A stretch of 64,000 nt of DNA from Candidatus Aenigmatarchaeota archaeon (GCA_011772645.1 WVZE01000036.1:48726-112725); one strand, 5' to 3'. Numbered from the stretch's first letter, positions 10,909 through 20,118 are shown. The notes: generated by a model from the letters alone, not told the origin. Translations and numbers: made by a program.

Positions 10909-11030
10909 GTACACAACTACATAATGAGCTTCTAATAGTTTGAAAGGAAAAATTAATTATGGAATTGAATTTTATATGGGGGAAATTGGTTTTTATAGTT
11001 ATAAGTTTAAATTAAACTTTATGAAGCAGC

Positions 11031-11479
11031 AGCAGAAGCAGGTGTTGATGGCGGTATTCATTGCCTTCATAATGATCGCTTCCGCGATCGGGTTCGCCCT
11101 CCTTCAGGGCGTTCCGAAGGATTTGGGTCCAGACACTCCAACATTCCCGAACGTGGTGGAGAGGGTTCTTGATCCGGAGGAGAAGCTCGCCATCCTGAGG
11201 GGAGGGAAGAGCCTGATAGAGTTTCTTTATCCCTCCAACTGCACATATTGCTTTGAGAGGAGAATCATGTACGAGAACTTCGCGAAATCCCAGGAATTCA
11301 AGGACTACGTTGTTCTCGAGACGAGCGTGGAGGAGAACGTGACAGCGGACTGGATCGTGATTGCATACACAGGGGATCAGACAGACCTTTCGGACGTTAA
11401 CACAACGGATGATCTCATGGAGATATTCTGCGATTCGAGCGTGGTCAAACCGAACATATGCGTGCTGCAAGAGATTTAA
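11031..11479 (+). CDS. membrane-anchored thioredoxin-fold-like protein with a CxxC motif (putative thiol-disulfide oxidoreductase)
   Basis: N-terminal signal/TM, then ...LIEFLYPSNCTYCFERR... with a CTYC motif at the typical Trx position. This is a weak call. Confidence 0.3.
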
Positions 11480-11577
11480 ATTCAAATTTATAAATATAAC
11501 CTGACAAAACCTATTATATCGATTGACGACTTGAATCGAAAGCGTAGGTCGTCCTTCGAAACTACCCATTGTGATCG

Positions 11578-12154
11578 CATGTACAAGATTTTGGAGATAA
11601 GAGACAGGATAAGGGTTTCACCGGACAAGTTCAGTCTGAACCTCGAGGATGCGGTGAAGACCAGCCTGGAGGAGAAACTGGAGGGATCGATAGACAAAAA
11701 TGTAGGCGTTATTCTATCCGTCCTATCGATAGAGAAGATAGGGGAAGGGGTGATACTTGCAGGGGACGGAGCGCTGTATTACCCTGTTGAGTTCAAGATC
11801 CTTGCATACCTTCCGGAGCAGCACGAACTCGTGAAGGGGGATGTGATAGACGTGACGGAGTTCGGGGTGTTCGTGAGGATGGGACCGGTGGACGGGATGG
11901 TTCACGTTTCGCAGTTGATGGACGATTTCGTTTCGTATGATTCGAAAAACCTCATGTTCACCGGGAAGAAAACGAAAAGGAGGGTGAAGGAGAAATCGCA
12001 GGTTATGGCGAGGGTTATTTCTGTGAGCATGATCGAGAGCCAATACAAAATCGGATTGACCACGAGACAGCCCGGACTGGGGGCGCTGGAGTGGTATAAG
12101 AAGGAGGAGAAAAGGATCGAGAAGAAGAAGGTACATCCGAAAAAGAAAAAATAA
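11578..12154 (+). CDS. rpoE: DNA-directed RNA polymerase subunit E' (Rpo7)
   Basis: MYKILEIRD..., an S1 domain (GDVIDVTEFGVFVRMGPVDGMVHVSQL) and a basic tail. Confidence 0.85.
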
Positions 12155-12155
12155 G

Positions 12156-12356
12156 GTGGATTTTATGGTTGAAAGGGAAAAGGTATGCAAGCACTGCAAG
12201 AGGTTCGTTATCGGGGATAAGTGCCCTGCGTGTAACACGAAGGATTTCACCAGGACGTGGAAGGGCATGATTATCGTGAATGATCCCGAGAATTCAGAGG
12301 TGGCGAAAATTCTGGGCATAGCGGCTCCTGGTAAATACGCCCTGTGGGTGAAGTAG
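12156..12356 (+). CDS. spt4: transcription elongation factor Spt4 / RNAP subunit E''
   Basis: 66-aa ORF with CKHC...CPAC zinc ribbon and GIAAPGKYALWV, directly downstream of rpoE'. Confidence 0.8.
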   Translation: MDFMVEREKVCKHCKRFVIGDKCPACNTKDFTRTWKGMIIVNDPENSEVAKILGIAAPGKYALWVK

Positions 12357-12364
12357 GTGTTAAG

Positions 12365-12787
12365 ATGGTAGTAAAGGTTATCGAGGAGAAAAAGAACCCC
12401 CTTCTGAAAAGGGAGGAGGTTTACTGCATTTTTGAACACCCGGACAAAGCGACGCCTTCCAGGAAAGAGATGCTGCCTTCCCTGGAAAAAATCCTTAAGG
12501 CCAAAAAGGATCTGATAATAATAGACAAGATATTCTCTGTCAAGGGCAGGGGGGAATCGAAAGTCCACGTGTTCGCGTACAAGAAAAAGGAGGACATACC
12601 GAAGGAGAAACTGGAAAAAATGCAGAGGAGAATGGAAAAGAAAGAGGCGAAGGGAAAGACGATCGAGGAGGCGAAGCCGGAGGTGGCAAAGGAAGAGGCC
12701 GGAAAGGAACCGGAGGAAAAACCAGAAGAAAAGGGTGAAAAGGAAGAGGAACCCGAGAAAGAGGAGAAGCCTGAAGGTAAGGGATAG
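12365..12787 (+). CDS. rps24e: 30S ribosomal protein S24e with K/E-rich C-terminal extension
   Basis: [18 protein letters not shown]...HP...TPSR.E match the S24e core. The low-complexity KE tail is unusual. Confidence 0.85.
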   Translation: MVVKVIEEKKNPLLKREEVYCIFEHPDKATPSRKEMLPSLEKILKAKKDLIIIDKIFSVKGRGESKVHVFAYKKKEDIPKEKLEKMQRRMEKKEAKGKTIEEAKPEVAKEEAGKEPEEKPEEKGEKEEEPEKEEKPEGKG

Positions 12788-12789
12788 TT

Positions 12790-13143
12790 ATGGCAAAGAA
12801 AGAAAAGAAGACAAGAAAGAGGGGCAAGAAAGAGAGAAAGGGAAGAAAACACGAGTCCATAGAGGTAAAGAAATACTACGAGATCAAGGGCGATAACCTG
12901 GAAAGGAACAGGAATTTCTGTCCAAGGTGCGGATCTGGCACTTGGCTCTCGAAACACAAGGGGAGATCCTACTGCGGAAAGTGCGGGTACACGAGCTTCG
13001 GAGGGAAAAAACCACCTGAAGAGACCAGGCCTGAGGAGAAAACCACGGAAGAGGTTAAAGAGGAAAACCCTATTGAGGAAGAGAGGGCGAAGCCTGAGGA
13101 AGAAACAAGGGAAGAGAACAAGAAAGAGGAAGCCAAAGAGTAA
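12790..13143 (+). CDS. rps27ae: 30S ribosomal protein S27ae (eS31) with K/E-rich C-terminal extension
   Basis: [25 protein letters not shown] zinc ribbon. Confidence 0.85.
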   Translation: MAKKEKKTRKRGKKERKGRKHESIEVKKYYEIKGDNLERNRNFCPRCGSGTWLSKHKGRSYCGKCGYTSFGGKKPPEETRPEEKTTEEVKEENPIEEERAKPEEETREENKKEEAKE

Positions 13144-13186
13144 TTTTCTACTTATTAATTCTTTTTTGAAAAGTATTATAACAGCC

Positions 13187-13336
13187 GGGCCTGTAGCTTA
13201 GTAGGATGTCAAATGACGCAGGTTTTACCTGCGTCCACCTGCAGTAGAGCGTCAGATTGCGGATCTGGAGGTCGCGGGTTCAAAGAGCGTCTGAAGCAGG
13301 TTTCACCTGCTTCGTTCGAAATTCCCGCCAGGCCCA
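13187..13336 (+). tRNA. tRNA-Arg (anticodon GCG) with two putative non-canonical introns: D-loop ~13206-13244 and T-loop ~13285-13322
   Basis: Acceptor GGGCCTG/CAGGCCC+A, D-stem GCTT/GAGC, anticodon stem TCAGA/TCTGG with loop TTGCGGA, T-stem GCGGG/CCCGC. Spliced length is about 73 nt. Each insert has an 8-bp hairpin (GACGCAGGTTTTACCTGCGTC and GAAGCAGGTTTCACCTGCTTC). Confidence 0.55.
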
Positions 13337-13380
13337 TAGATTTAAATTTAAAAAACAATCAAATAGTTATTAACCGCAAC

Positions 13381-13515
13381 GGGGCTGTGAGGTAGTCTGG
13401 CTATCCTGGCGGGCTCCAGTCTTTCGAAAGAGTGGAGCGATGAGGGTCTTATGAGGATTAAGATCCTGTGATGAAGAGAGACCCGTATACCTGGGTTCGA
13501 ATCCCAGCAGCCCCA
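13381..13515 (+). tRNA. tRNA-Trp (anticodon CCA) with ~61-nt intron at the canonical 37/38 position (13420-13480)
   Basis: Acceptor GGGGCTG/CAGCCCC+A, D-arm AGG..CCT, anticodon stem GCGGG/CCCGT with loop CTCCAG, variable ATAC, T-arm CTGGG-TTCGAAT-CCCAG. Spliced length is 74 nt. The intron contains a UGAUGA box C-like motif. Confidence 0.65.
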
Positions 13516-13550
13516 CTTATTTTTTATTCCAGCCAGGACAAAGAATTAAT

Positions 13551-13955
13551 ATGAGGGCTCAAACCGCCTTTGAATATATGGTCATAGCAATGATAATTCT
13601 TGGTTTCCTCGTGCCCATATGGCTGTACGTATCACAGGTCCAGAACGAGAGCGCGGAAACCCTGGCGCTGACCTATGCGAAGAACGCGGTCAAGAAGATA
13701 GCGGAGAACGCGGATCTTGTCTACTCCCAGAGATTGGGGGCGAAGGTGAAGGTCGGTGTTTACATCCCGAACGGCGTTGAGGAAATAAACATAACCGGGA
13801 AGACCGTGATAATGAAGGTTTATTCTTCCTCAGGAGTGGTTGATATTTTTGAGACATCTGCGGCGAATTTGAACGGGAGCCTGCCGACAACCTCAGGCTT
13901 CCACTGGATCCTGATAGAGGCAAAGGGAGACTACGTCCAGATAGATATGTCGTGA
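13551..13955 (+). CDS. type IV pilin-like protein (class III signal peptide)
   Basis: MRAQTAFEYMVIAMIILGF begins with a short basic N-terminus and has Q at +1 and E at +5 of a hydrophobic helix, as in archaeal/bacterial type IV prepilins. Confidence 0.5.
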   Translation: MRAQTAFEYMVIAMIILGFLVPIWLYVSQVQNESAETLALTYAKNAVKKIAENADLVYSQRLGAKVKVGVYIPNGVEEINITGKTVIMKVYSSSGVVDIFETSAANLNGSLPTTSGFHWILIEAKGDYVQIDMS

Positions 13956-13958
13956 GTT

Positions 13959-14342
13959 ATGAAAGCTCAAACGGGTGTGGAGTTCATGATACTTTTCGGG
14001 ATTTTCCTAGCTGCAATAATAATAATGGTGTTCGTGGTCTGGGGGTACGTATTGGATATAAACGTCTCGACAACCGATCTCCATGCGAATTCGCTGTTGG
14101 ACAGGGTATCGGGCAAGCTGGATACCGTATTTCTCGAGGGTCACGGGTTCTCAGTCAACTTCACGCTGCCCGAAACGCTTTCGGGCATCAATTATTCATT
14201 GGACATAAAGAACGGTTTCGTGTTTCTGAACATTAGTGAAAGGGTTTACACCAAAAGGCTCATAACGAGAAACGTGACCGGGGATCTCGAGGTCGGCAAA
14301 AACATCATTGAAAACGTCAACGGCGTGGTGGTGATATCATGA
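13959..14342 (+). CDS. type IV pilin-like protein (class III signal peptide)
   Basis: MKAQTGVEFMILFGIFLAAIII has the same KA|QxxxE architecture. It sits 4 nt after the previous gene. Confidence 0.5.
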   Translation: MKAQTGVEFMILFGIFLAAIIIMVFVVWGYVLDINVSTTDLHANSLLDRVSGKLDTVFLEGHGFSVNFTLPETLSGINYSLDIKNGFVFLNISERVYTKRLITRNVTGDLEVGKNIIENVNGVVVIS

Positions 14343-14815
14343 AAAAAGGTCAGGTTTGGTCGCTGGATTTCGTAACATCGCTAGTCATATTCACCCTTGT
14401 TCTCATTCCTTTGCTGTTCGTCTGGAACTATGTGAACATACAGAACATGGAGCAGAGGACATTCGATGAGATAGAGACGTTGGCGCTGTCGATCTCGGAT
14501 TCCCTGATACGGACGAAGGGCGTACCCGAAAACTGGAATTCAAGCAACGTGAACGTGATAGGCCTGGCAGAGGGGGAGAACGTTCTGAGCATCCCGAAAG
14601 TCTCGGAATTCCTCTACATGGGGAACAATGAATACGACCTCACGAAAAACATACTCGTGGGCAGATACGATTTCTTTTTCAGCATAACCGACCTGAACGG
14701 GACGGTATACGGGACGGCAGGGAGCAAACCGGCTGACAGAACGATCGTCCCTGTTGAGAGGTATTGTTTGTATAACAACAGGGTCGTTAAGATAGAATTG
14801 GCTCTGATAGGCTAG
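14339..14815 (+). CDS. pilin-like/pseudopilin-like protein with N-terminal KG|Q signal
   Basis: MKKGQVWSLDFVTSLVIFTLVLIPLLFVW. Its start overlaps the previous gene by 4 nt. Confidence 0.4.
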   Translation: MKKGQVWSLDFVTSLVIFTLVLIPLLFVWNYVNIQNMEQRTFDEIETLALSISDSLIRTKGVPENWNSSNVNVIGLAEGENVLSIPKVSEFLYMGNNEYDLTKNILVGRYDFFFSITDLNGTVYGTAGSKPADRTIVPVERYCLYNNRVVKIELALIG

Positions 14816-15084
14816 AGATCGACCTCGAACCATTTGTATTTTATCCTTATTTTATAGCCCATCTTTCTCAGTCTTTTTATTACCTGCACGTCCTTCTCTC
14901 CCTTCCTGGAGAGAAACTCCTCTATTCCCAGCTCCAGAGCGATTATAGGGTGGATTATATTGACTATTATGTCCTTATCTACCAGCTCGATCTCGGCGGC
15001 AGGTGACTTCCCAAGGTATACCATAAAATGAACCCTGCCGACAATGCTCCTAAAAATTTCTCCCAGAATGTTCATAAGGATCAA
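14812..15084 (-). CDS. hypothetical small protein (TTG start), same frame as the upstream small ORF
   Basis: 90-aa ORF. Only one TAA and one codon separate it in-frame from ORF 15088-15285. Confidence 0.25.
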   Translation of the reverse strand: MILMNILGEIFRSIVGRVHFMVYLGKSPAAEIELVDKDIIVNIIHPIIALELGIEEFLSRKGEKDVQVIKRLRKMGYKIRIKYKWFEVDL

Positions 15085-15087
15085 GAA

Positions 15088-15285
15088 TTATTTTTTCTTA
15101 ACGAAAGGCACTATCGTGAACTCCACGTTGCCGTTCACCTTTACCTGCGAGTTCCCTATGTTGAACTCTACTCCGTCAAGGTTTACCTTTGTCTTAGTTT
15201 CCTTTCCTTCAAGTATCTGAAGTATCTTAAGGAAAAGCTCTTCCTTGTTTTTGACTATCTCCTCGAAAACGCCCATACACACCAC
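15088..15285 (-). CDS. hypothetical small protein
   Basis: 65-aa ORF. See the in-frame relation with 14812-15084. Confidence 0.25.
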   Translation of the reverse strand: MVCMGVFEEIVKNKEELFLKILQILEGKETKTKVNLDGVEFNIGNSQVKVNGNVEFTIVPFVKKK

Positions 15286-15360
15286 CTTAGATCAGATTAT
15301 ATAATATTTGTCTTTTATTTTAAATAACTTATTAACGTATTCCCCACTAATTCTTAATAT

Positions 15361-16662
15361 ATGGTGGAGAAGATAATCGTGGGGAAGGGGTGGAAGGATC
15401 TCAAAAAATACGGACCTAGAGGAACCGCTTACATAGGGAAGCACATCGTCGGGAAGGGAGAGGAATCCCACTTGACGAACCCCATCCACATGGACGTCAC
15501 GAGACCTCACGTCGTTCTTGTGTGCGGGAAAAGGGGGACGGGAAAATCCTACACCGCAGGGGTGGTTGCGGAGGAGATATACCGGCTTCCGAAGGACATC
15601 AGAAAGAACATATGCGTTCTCATGATAGACACCATGGGAATCTACTGGTCCATGAAGCTCCCGAATGAAAGGGATGCGGACCTCCTGAAGGAATGGGGGG
15701 TAAAACCCGAGGGGATAAAAACGAACCTCTTCGTCCCGAAAGGGTATTTTGATGAATACAAGAAGGCAGGAATAACAGTGGATTTCCCCTTCACGGTTTC
15801 CGTTTCCGAGCTGACCTCTGAGGACTGGGCGATAACCTTCGGGTTCTCCATGATAGATGAGTATGGGATCCTGATAGAGCAGGTTATGGAGAGGCTGGAG
15901 GAAAGGGAAGGAAATTATTCGATAGAGGATATAATAGGGGAGATAGAAAAGGACGAGAGATCGGGAAAGAAGGTCAAGGAAGCGCTCATAAACAGGTTTT
16001 TAGCCGCTAAGGAATGGGGGATATTTGAGAAGAAGGGGACGAAAACCGAGGATCTCCTGAAATCCGGGACGATTTCGATCCTAGACGTTTCTCATTACAT
16101 GCGAGTTTCGGAATCGTGGTCGATTCGCGCGATGGTTGTCGGATTACTCAGCAGGAAGATATTCAAGGAGAGGCTGGCGGCAAGGAAGGTCGAGGAATAC
16201 GGGAAGGTCACGGGCCAGGCCAGGAAAACTATCCCCATGATATGGATCATGATCGATGAGGCTCACCAGTTCATCCCCGAGAAGGGATCGACAGCCGCCT
16301 CCGGTCCTCTTTTAACGCTTGTCAAGGAGGGGAGGGAACCGGGGATTTCGATGCTCATGATAACCCAGCAACCGAACAAGCTCCGCGGGGACGCGCTGTC
16401 GCAGGCGGATCTCATAATCTCCCACAGGCTGACATCCAAAGCGGACATAGAAGCCCTTCGCTCGATCATGCAGACCTACATGCTCGAGGACATACAGGAT
16501 TACCTGAACGAGCTCCCCAAGACCAAGGGATCAGCGATAGTCCTTGATGATAACCTCGAAAGAATTTACGAAATTCAGGTTCGTCCGCGATTTTCCTGGC
16601 ACGCCGGAGGCTCGCCCATAATATTGAAAGAGAGGAGCCTGCTTGAGGGAATGGAAACCTGA
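15361..16662 (+). CDS. HerA/FtsK-like P-loop ATPase (COG0433/DUF87-type)
   Basis: Walker A VLVCGKRGTGKSY and Walker B MIDEAHQFIP (the DEAH-type motif typical of DUF87 ATPases), 433 aa. Confidence 0.55.
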   Translation: MVEKIIVGKGWKDLKKYGPRGTAYIGKHIVGKGEESHLTNPIHMDVTRPHVVLVCGKRGTGKSYTAGVVAEEIYRLPKDIRKNICVLMIDTMGIYWSMKLPNERDADLLKEWGVKPEGIKTNLFVPKGYFDEYKKAGITVDFPFTVSVSELTSEDWAITFGFSMIDEYGILIEQVMERLEEREGNYSIEDIIGEIEKDERSGKKVKEALINRFLAAKEWGIFEKKGTKTEDLLKSGTISILDVSHYMRVSESWSIRAMVVGLLSRKIFKERLAARKVEEYGKVTGQARKTIPMIWIMIDEAHQFIPEKGSTAASGPLLTLVKEGREPGISMLMITQQPNKLRGDALSQADLIISHRLTSKADIEALRSIMQTYMLEDIQDYLNELPKTKGSAIVLDDNLERIYEIQVRPRFSWHAGGSPIILKERSLLEGMET

Positions 16663-16665
16663 AAT

Positions 16666-17916
16666 CTATCTCTTTATCTTTCCCCTCTTCTTTACGATCT
16701 TTATCCTCTTTATCCTCTCCTTGTCTGCGTCCTTCACCATTATTCTGAAGTTCTTCAGTTTTATCTTGTCCCCTTTCTTGGGAAAGCGCCCGAGCTTGTT
16801 AACAATAAGGTCAGCGATCGTTTCGAGATCCTTCTGCTTGAACTCGATCCCCATTATTTCCGTGATGTCCTTCAGGGGGGTATCCGCCTCGACAATTATG
16901 CTCTTCTCGTCCAGCAGGCGGAGTTTGGTTTTCCTCACGTCGCTCTCATCGTATATCTCTCCCACGATCTCTTCCAGCAGGTCCTCAAGCGTGACCAGAC
17001 CTTTCACGCTACCCTTCTTGTCCGTTACGATCGCGAGGTGGGTTCCTGTCTCCCTGAAATCATCAAGTAGTAGGGCGAGATTCTTGTCCTCACCAACGAA
17101 CATCACAGGGGAAACGAGCCTCTCGATCTCCATGTCGAACTGTTTCCTTTTCACGTGTCTAAGTATGTCCTTTATGTGGACGATCCCTATGATGTTGTCA
17201 AAGCTGTTCTTGTAAACAGGTATTCTCGAATACCTGGATTCCAGTATTTTCGTCATGACATCAGACAGACGCATGTCAGAGCGTATGGAAGCGATCCTCT
17301 TCCTCGGAGTCATAACCTCCGAAACTTTCGTATCCCCGAATTCAAAGATTCTGTGTATCATCCTTTCCTCATCCCTCTCTATGATCCCTATCTCCGTTGC
17401 CATTCCCAGGGCGGTCTTTATCTCCTCCTCTGTTATGGTTGCTTTCTTTTTCTTTGTGCCAAAGATCCTCAGAATCCCCAGGCTGAGGTTTTCAATGAAA
17501 ATGACAACGGGGTAGAATATCTTGGTAAGGATGTAGAAGGGCCCTGAGAGCAGGAGGGAGACCCTCTCCGCGTTCTGGTAGCAGAAGGATTTCGGTGTGA
17601 TCTCCCCGAAGACAAGGATTATGAACGTCATCACCCCCGTCGCCACGCCCAGACCTGCCGACCCGAAAATCTCCGTGGATATAACGGTAGCGAGCGCGGC
17701 GGCCGCGATGTTCACCAGGTTGTTCCCGATCAGGATGGTCACGAGCAGCTTGTGCGGCTCGTCCTTAAGTTTTCTAAGTATTTTCGCCCCCCTCTTTCGC
17801 TGGCGGACAAGCTTCCTTACCTTTATGTCGCTCAAGGAGAAAAAAGCGATCTCAGAACCTGAGAAGATGGAGGAGAAAACCAGCAGAATTATCAAAACCA
17901 GTATTTCCAGCCACAT
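16666..17916 (-). CDS. CNNM/CorC-family transporter-associated protein (DUF21 TM domain + CBS pair + CorC_HlyC)
   Basis: N-terminal 4-TM DUF21 (SGSEIAFFSLS), two CBS domains, and a C-terminal transporter-associated domain. Confidence 0.8.
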   Translation of the reverse strand: MWLEILVLIILLVFSSIFSGSEIAFFSLSDIKVRKLVRQRKRGAKILRKLKDEPHKLLVTILIGNNLVNIAAAALATVISTEIFGSAGLGVATGVMTFIILVFGEITPKSFCYQNAERVSLLLSGPFYILTKIFYPVVIFIENLSLGILRIFGTKKKKATITEEEIKTALGMATEIGIIERDEERMIHRIFEFGDTKVSEVMTPRKRIASIRSDMRLSDVMTKILESRYSRIPVYKNSFDNIIGIVHIKDILRHVKRKQFDMEIERLVSPVMFVGEDKNLALLLDDFRETGTHLAIVTDKKGSVKGLVTLEDLLEEIVGEIYDESDVRKTKLRLLDEKSIIVEADTPLKDITEIMGIEFKQKDLETIADLIVNKLGRFPKKGDKIKLKNFRIMVKDADKERIKRIKIVKKRGKIKR

Positions 17917-17941
17917 AAAAAATAATTGTGTTTCCTGGCTT

Positions 17942-18367
17942 TTATTTGTTCATTTCCTTCGACAGCTTGTTTACCTTGTTCTCGATCTCTATTATCTTCG
18001 AGACGAGTTCCCTGTATTTCTTTTCGAGTTTTATGTCCGTGTCTATCCTTTTCTTGTCAAGCTTGTGGACCCTGTAGTCAGTCGTTCTCTTGTGTTTGGT
18101 GGCGATTTCGAACGTGTTTTCCAGCTGCTGCGAGATCGAACTCAGTTTCTTGTAGATGTCATCCTGGTATCCCACGACTTTCGTGTTTGTCAGCTCTTCC
18201 GAAAGCTTCCCCGCTCCTATGATAACCACGATGGCCAGAAAAATCGCAAAGGATTCGAAGGGCATCGCTGCAGCAATAACCCCTGTCAACAGCGAGAGGG
18301 CGATCACTGCGAACAGTACCCAGAATATCTTATCCCAGTGCCTGAACCAGTGCATACTCGAAAACAT
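17942..18367 (-). CDS. hypothetical membrane protein with coiled-coil
   Basis: Two N-terminal TM helices followed by a heptad-like charged region. Confidence 0.35.
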   Translation of the reverse strand: MFSSMHWFRHWDKIFWVLFAVIALSLLTGVIAAAMPFESFAIFLAIVVIIGAGKLSEELTNTKVVGYQDDIYKKLSSISQQLENTFEIATKHKRTTDYRVHKLDKKRIDTDIKLEKKYRELVSKIIEIENKVNKLSKEMNK

Positions 18368-18461
18368 AGTTATTATTTAAAGGTAAAGAATTTAAAGGTT
18401 TTTTACCCTTAATTTTCACGGTTTGTTAAAGTTTTTAAACTTGTATCCCTATATAACGTTT

Positions 18462-18746
18462 ATGAAATTCCCGAAAACCCTGCGCACCTACTGCCCGAAG
18501 TGCAGGAAGCACACGGAGCACACGGTGAAGCAGTCCAAGAGGAAGGGACGTTCCAAGGCTCACCCCCAGTCCCAGTCGCAGAGGAGGTTCAAGAGGAAGA
18601 TGGAGGGATACGGATCCTTCCCCAGGCCCAATCCCAAGGGCGAGGGAAAGCCCACCAAGAAGGTGGATCTCCGCCTGACGTGCAAGGAGTGCAAGAAGGC
18701 GCATACAAAGAAGGGTTTCAGGGTAAAGAAGTTCGAGCTGGTATGA
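18462..18746 (+). CDS. rpl44e: 50S ribosomal protein L44e (eL42)
   Basis: [22 protein letters not shown]...CKECKK C4 zinc ribbon. A TATA-like CCTATATAAC lies about 22 nt upstream. Confidence 0.85.
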   Translation: MKFPKTLRTYCPKCRKHTEHTVKQSKRKGRSKAHPQSQSQRRFKRKMEGYGSFPRPNPKGEGKPTKKVDLRLTCKECKKAHTKKGFRVKKFELV

Positions 18747-18917
18747 TGGATATTAACGATAAAGGAAGGTCCTACGTCCTGGAGATGGCCGCCAGATCCT
18801 ACTGTGAAGGTTTAACGGAAAGGTTTGACCAGGGATACAAAAGGCTGCTATTCCTCGCCAGGGCGTTCAACTAGAACTGTGACTCCCGGGCCGGAAATAT
18901 ACAGTCCGGGTGTTCAC

Positions 18918-20042
18918 ATGACCAAAAACAGAGGTTCGGTAGAGAATAAGTTGAAGGAGCTTCTTTCTGACAGGACTATAACCGATAGGAACAGGGACCA
19001 TATACTGAAATTCAAGGACAATTGCGTTGCTGAGGTCATGGGCAATAACAGGATTCACAAGTATCTGACCTACCTTCCCAAAATCGCTAGAATTCTTAAA
19101 AAAGACTTTAAAAAAGCTGAAAAGGAGGATATCCAGAGGGTTCTGGCTGAACTGGAGAAGAACCAGAGCTATTCTGCGTGGACGAAGTACGATTTCAGGG
19201 TGATGATAAAGCGATTCTACAAGTGGCTTGAGGGAGACGATGAAGTGTATCCGAAGAAGGTCAGATGGATCAAATCCTGGGCAGTTGTTAAAAAGGCTAG
19301 GGGGGTCCTTCCTGATGAGCTTCTCACTGTAGAGGAAATCAAGGCAATGATAGAGAATTGTTATAACATTCGCGACAAAGCGATAATCTCTGTTCTTTAC
19401 GAAAGCGGATTTCGAGTGAGTGAATTCCTTGGAATGAGGATTAAGCATGTGGATTTCTCTGGGGACCTTGCTCATATCACTTTTGAAATAGAAGGAGCTA
19501 AAACAGGAATGAGAAAGATACCTCTGATAAACTCCATTCCCTATCTGGCCAATTGGATTGGAAATCACCCAAGCCAGAATGATCCGAACTCATATGTGTG
19601 GATATCAAATGGCCACGTAAATCACAATCAACCAATGTGCTATGGCAATCTGATGGATTTGCTGAGAAAGATAGCTGTGAGGGCAGGCGTGAAGAAGAGG
19701 GTTAATCCGCACAATTTCAGGCATTCCAAGGCCACAGAGATGGCAAAATCCCTTACAGAATACCAGCTATGTCTTTACTTTGGCTGGAAGAAATCAGCAA
19801 CAGCATCCACATATGTTCATCTCGCAGGAAGGGATCTGGACATAGCAATAAGGGAACTGGCTGGATTATCAACTCCAGAGCAGAAAAAGAACGAGCTCGA
19901 GCCAATCAAATGCCCACGCTGCGAGAAGACAAACGAGCCCACAGCAAAGATGTGCAACAGATGCGGATTGATTCTGAGCGCAAAGAACGCCATGCAAACA
20001 ATGTTCTGGCGAGGAAAAGAACTGAACACTCCTCCCTCTTAG
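18918..20042 (+). mobile_element. tyrosine recombinase/integrase (phage-integrase family) with C-terminal zinc ribbon
   Basis: Catalytic motifs ...HNFRHSKATEM... and ...ASTYVHL (Tyr), a SAM-like N-domain, and a C-terminal CPRC...CNRC. It is inserted between rpl44e and rps27e. Confidence 0.75.
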
Positions 20043-20118
20043 TTTATCCCCCCTTTCCGCCCGAGCGAGTTTTACTATACAAATCGTTTTTATTGATAAC
20101 TATCTGAAATTTAATTGG

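Noticed and set aside
12421-12957. 178-aa and 106-aa minus-strand ORFs opposite the S24e/S27ae tails
   Set aside because: They are Ser/Phe/Leu-rich complements of the KE-rich low-complexity coding sequence, i.e. antisense artefacts.
16643-17215. 190-aa plus-strand ORF overlapping the CorC/CNNM gene
   Set aside because: It is antisense to a well-supported DUF21-CBS gene and has low-complexity S/L/F-rich composition.
18750-18830. Possible left att site (CCTGGAGATGGCCGCCAGATCC) resembling the TCCTTGGCGGCCAG part of the direct repeat
   Set aside because: It has only partial, CG-swapped similarity and no match to the 35-bp core. That is insufficient to call a repeat copy.
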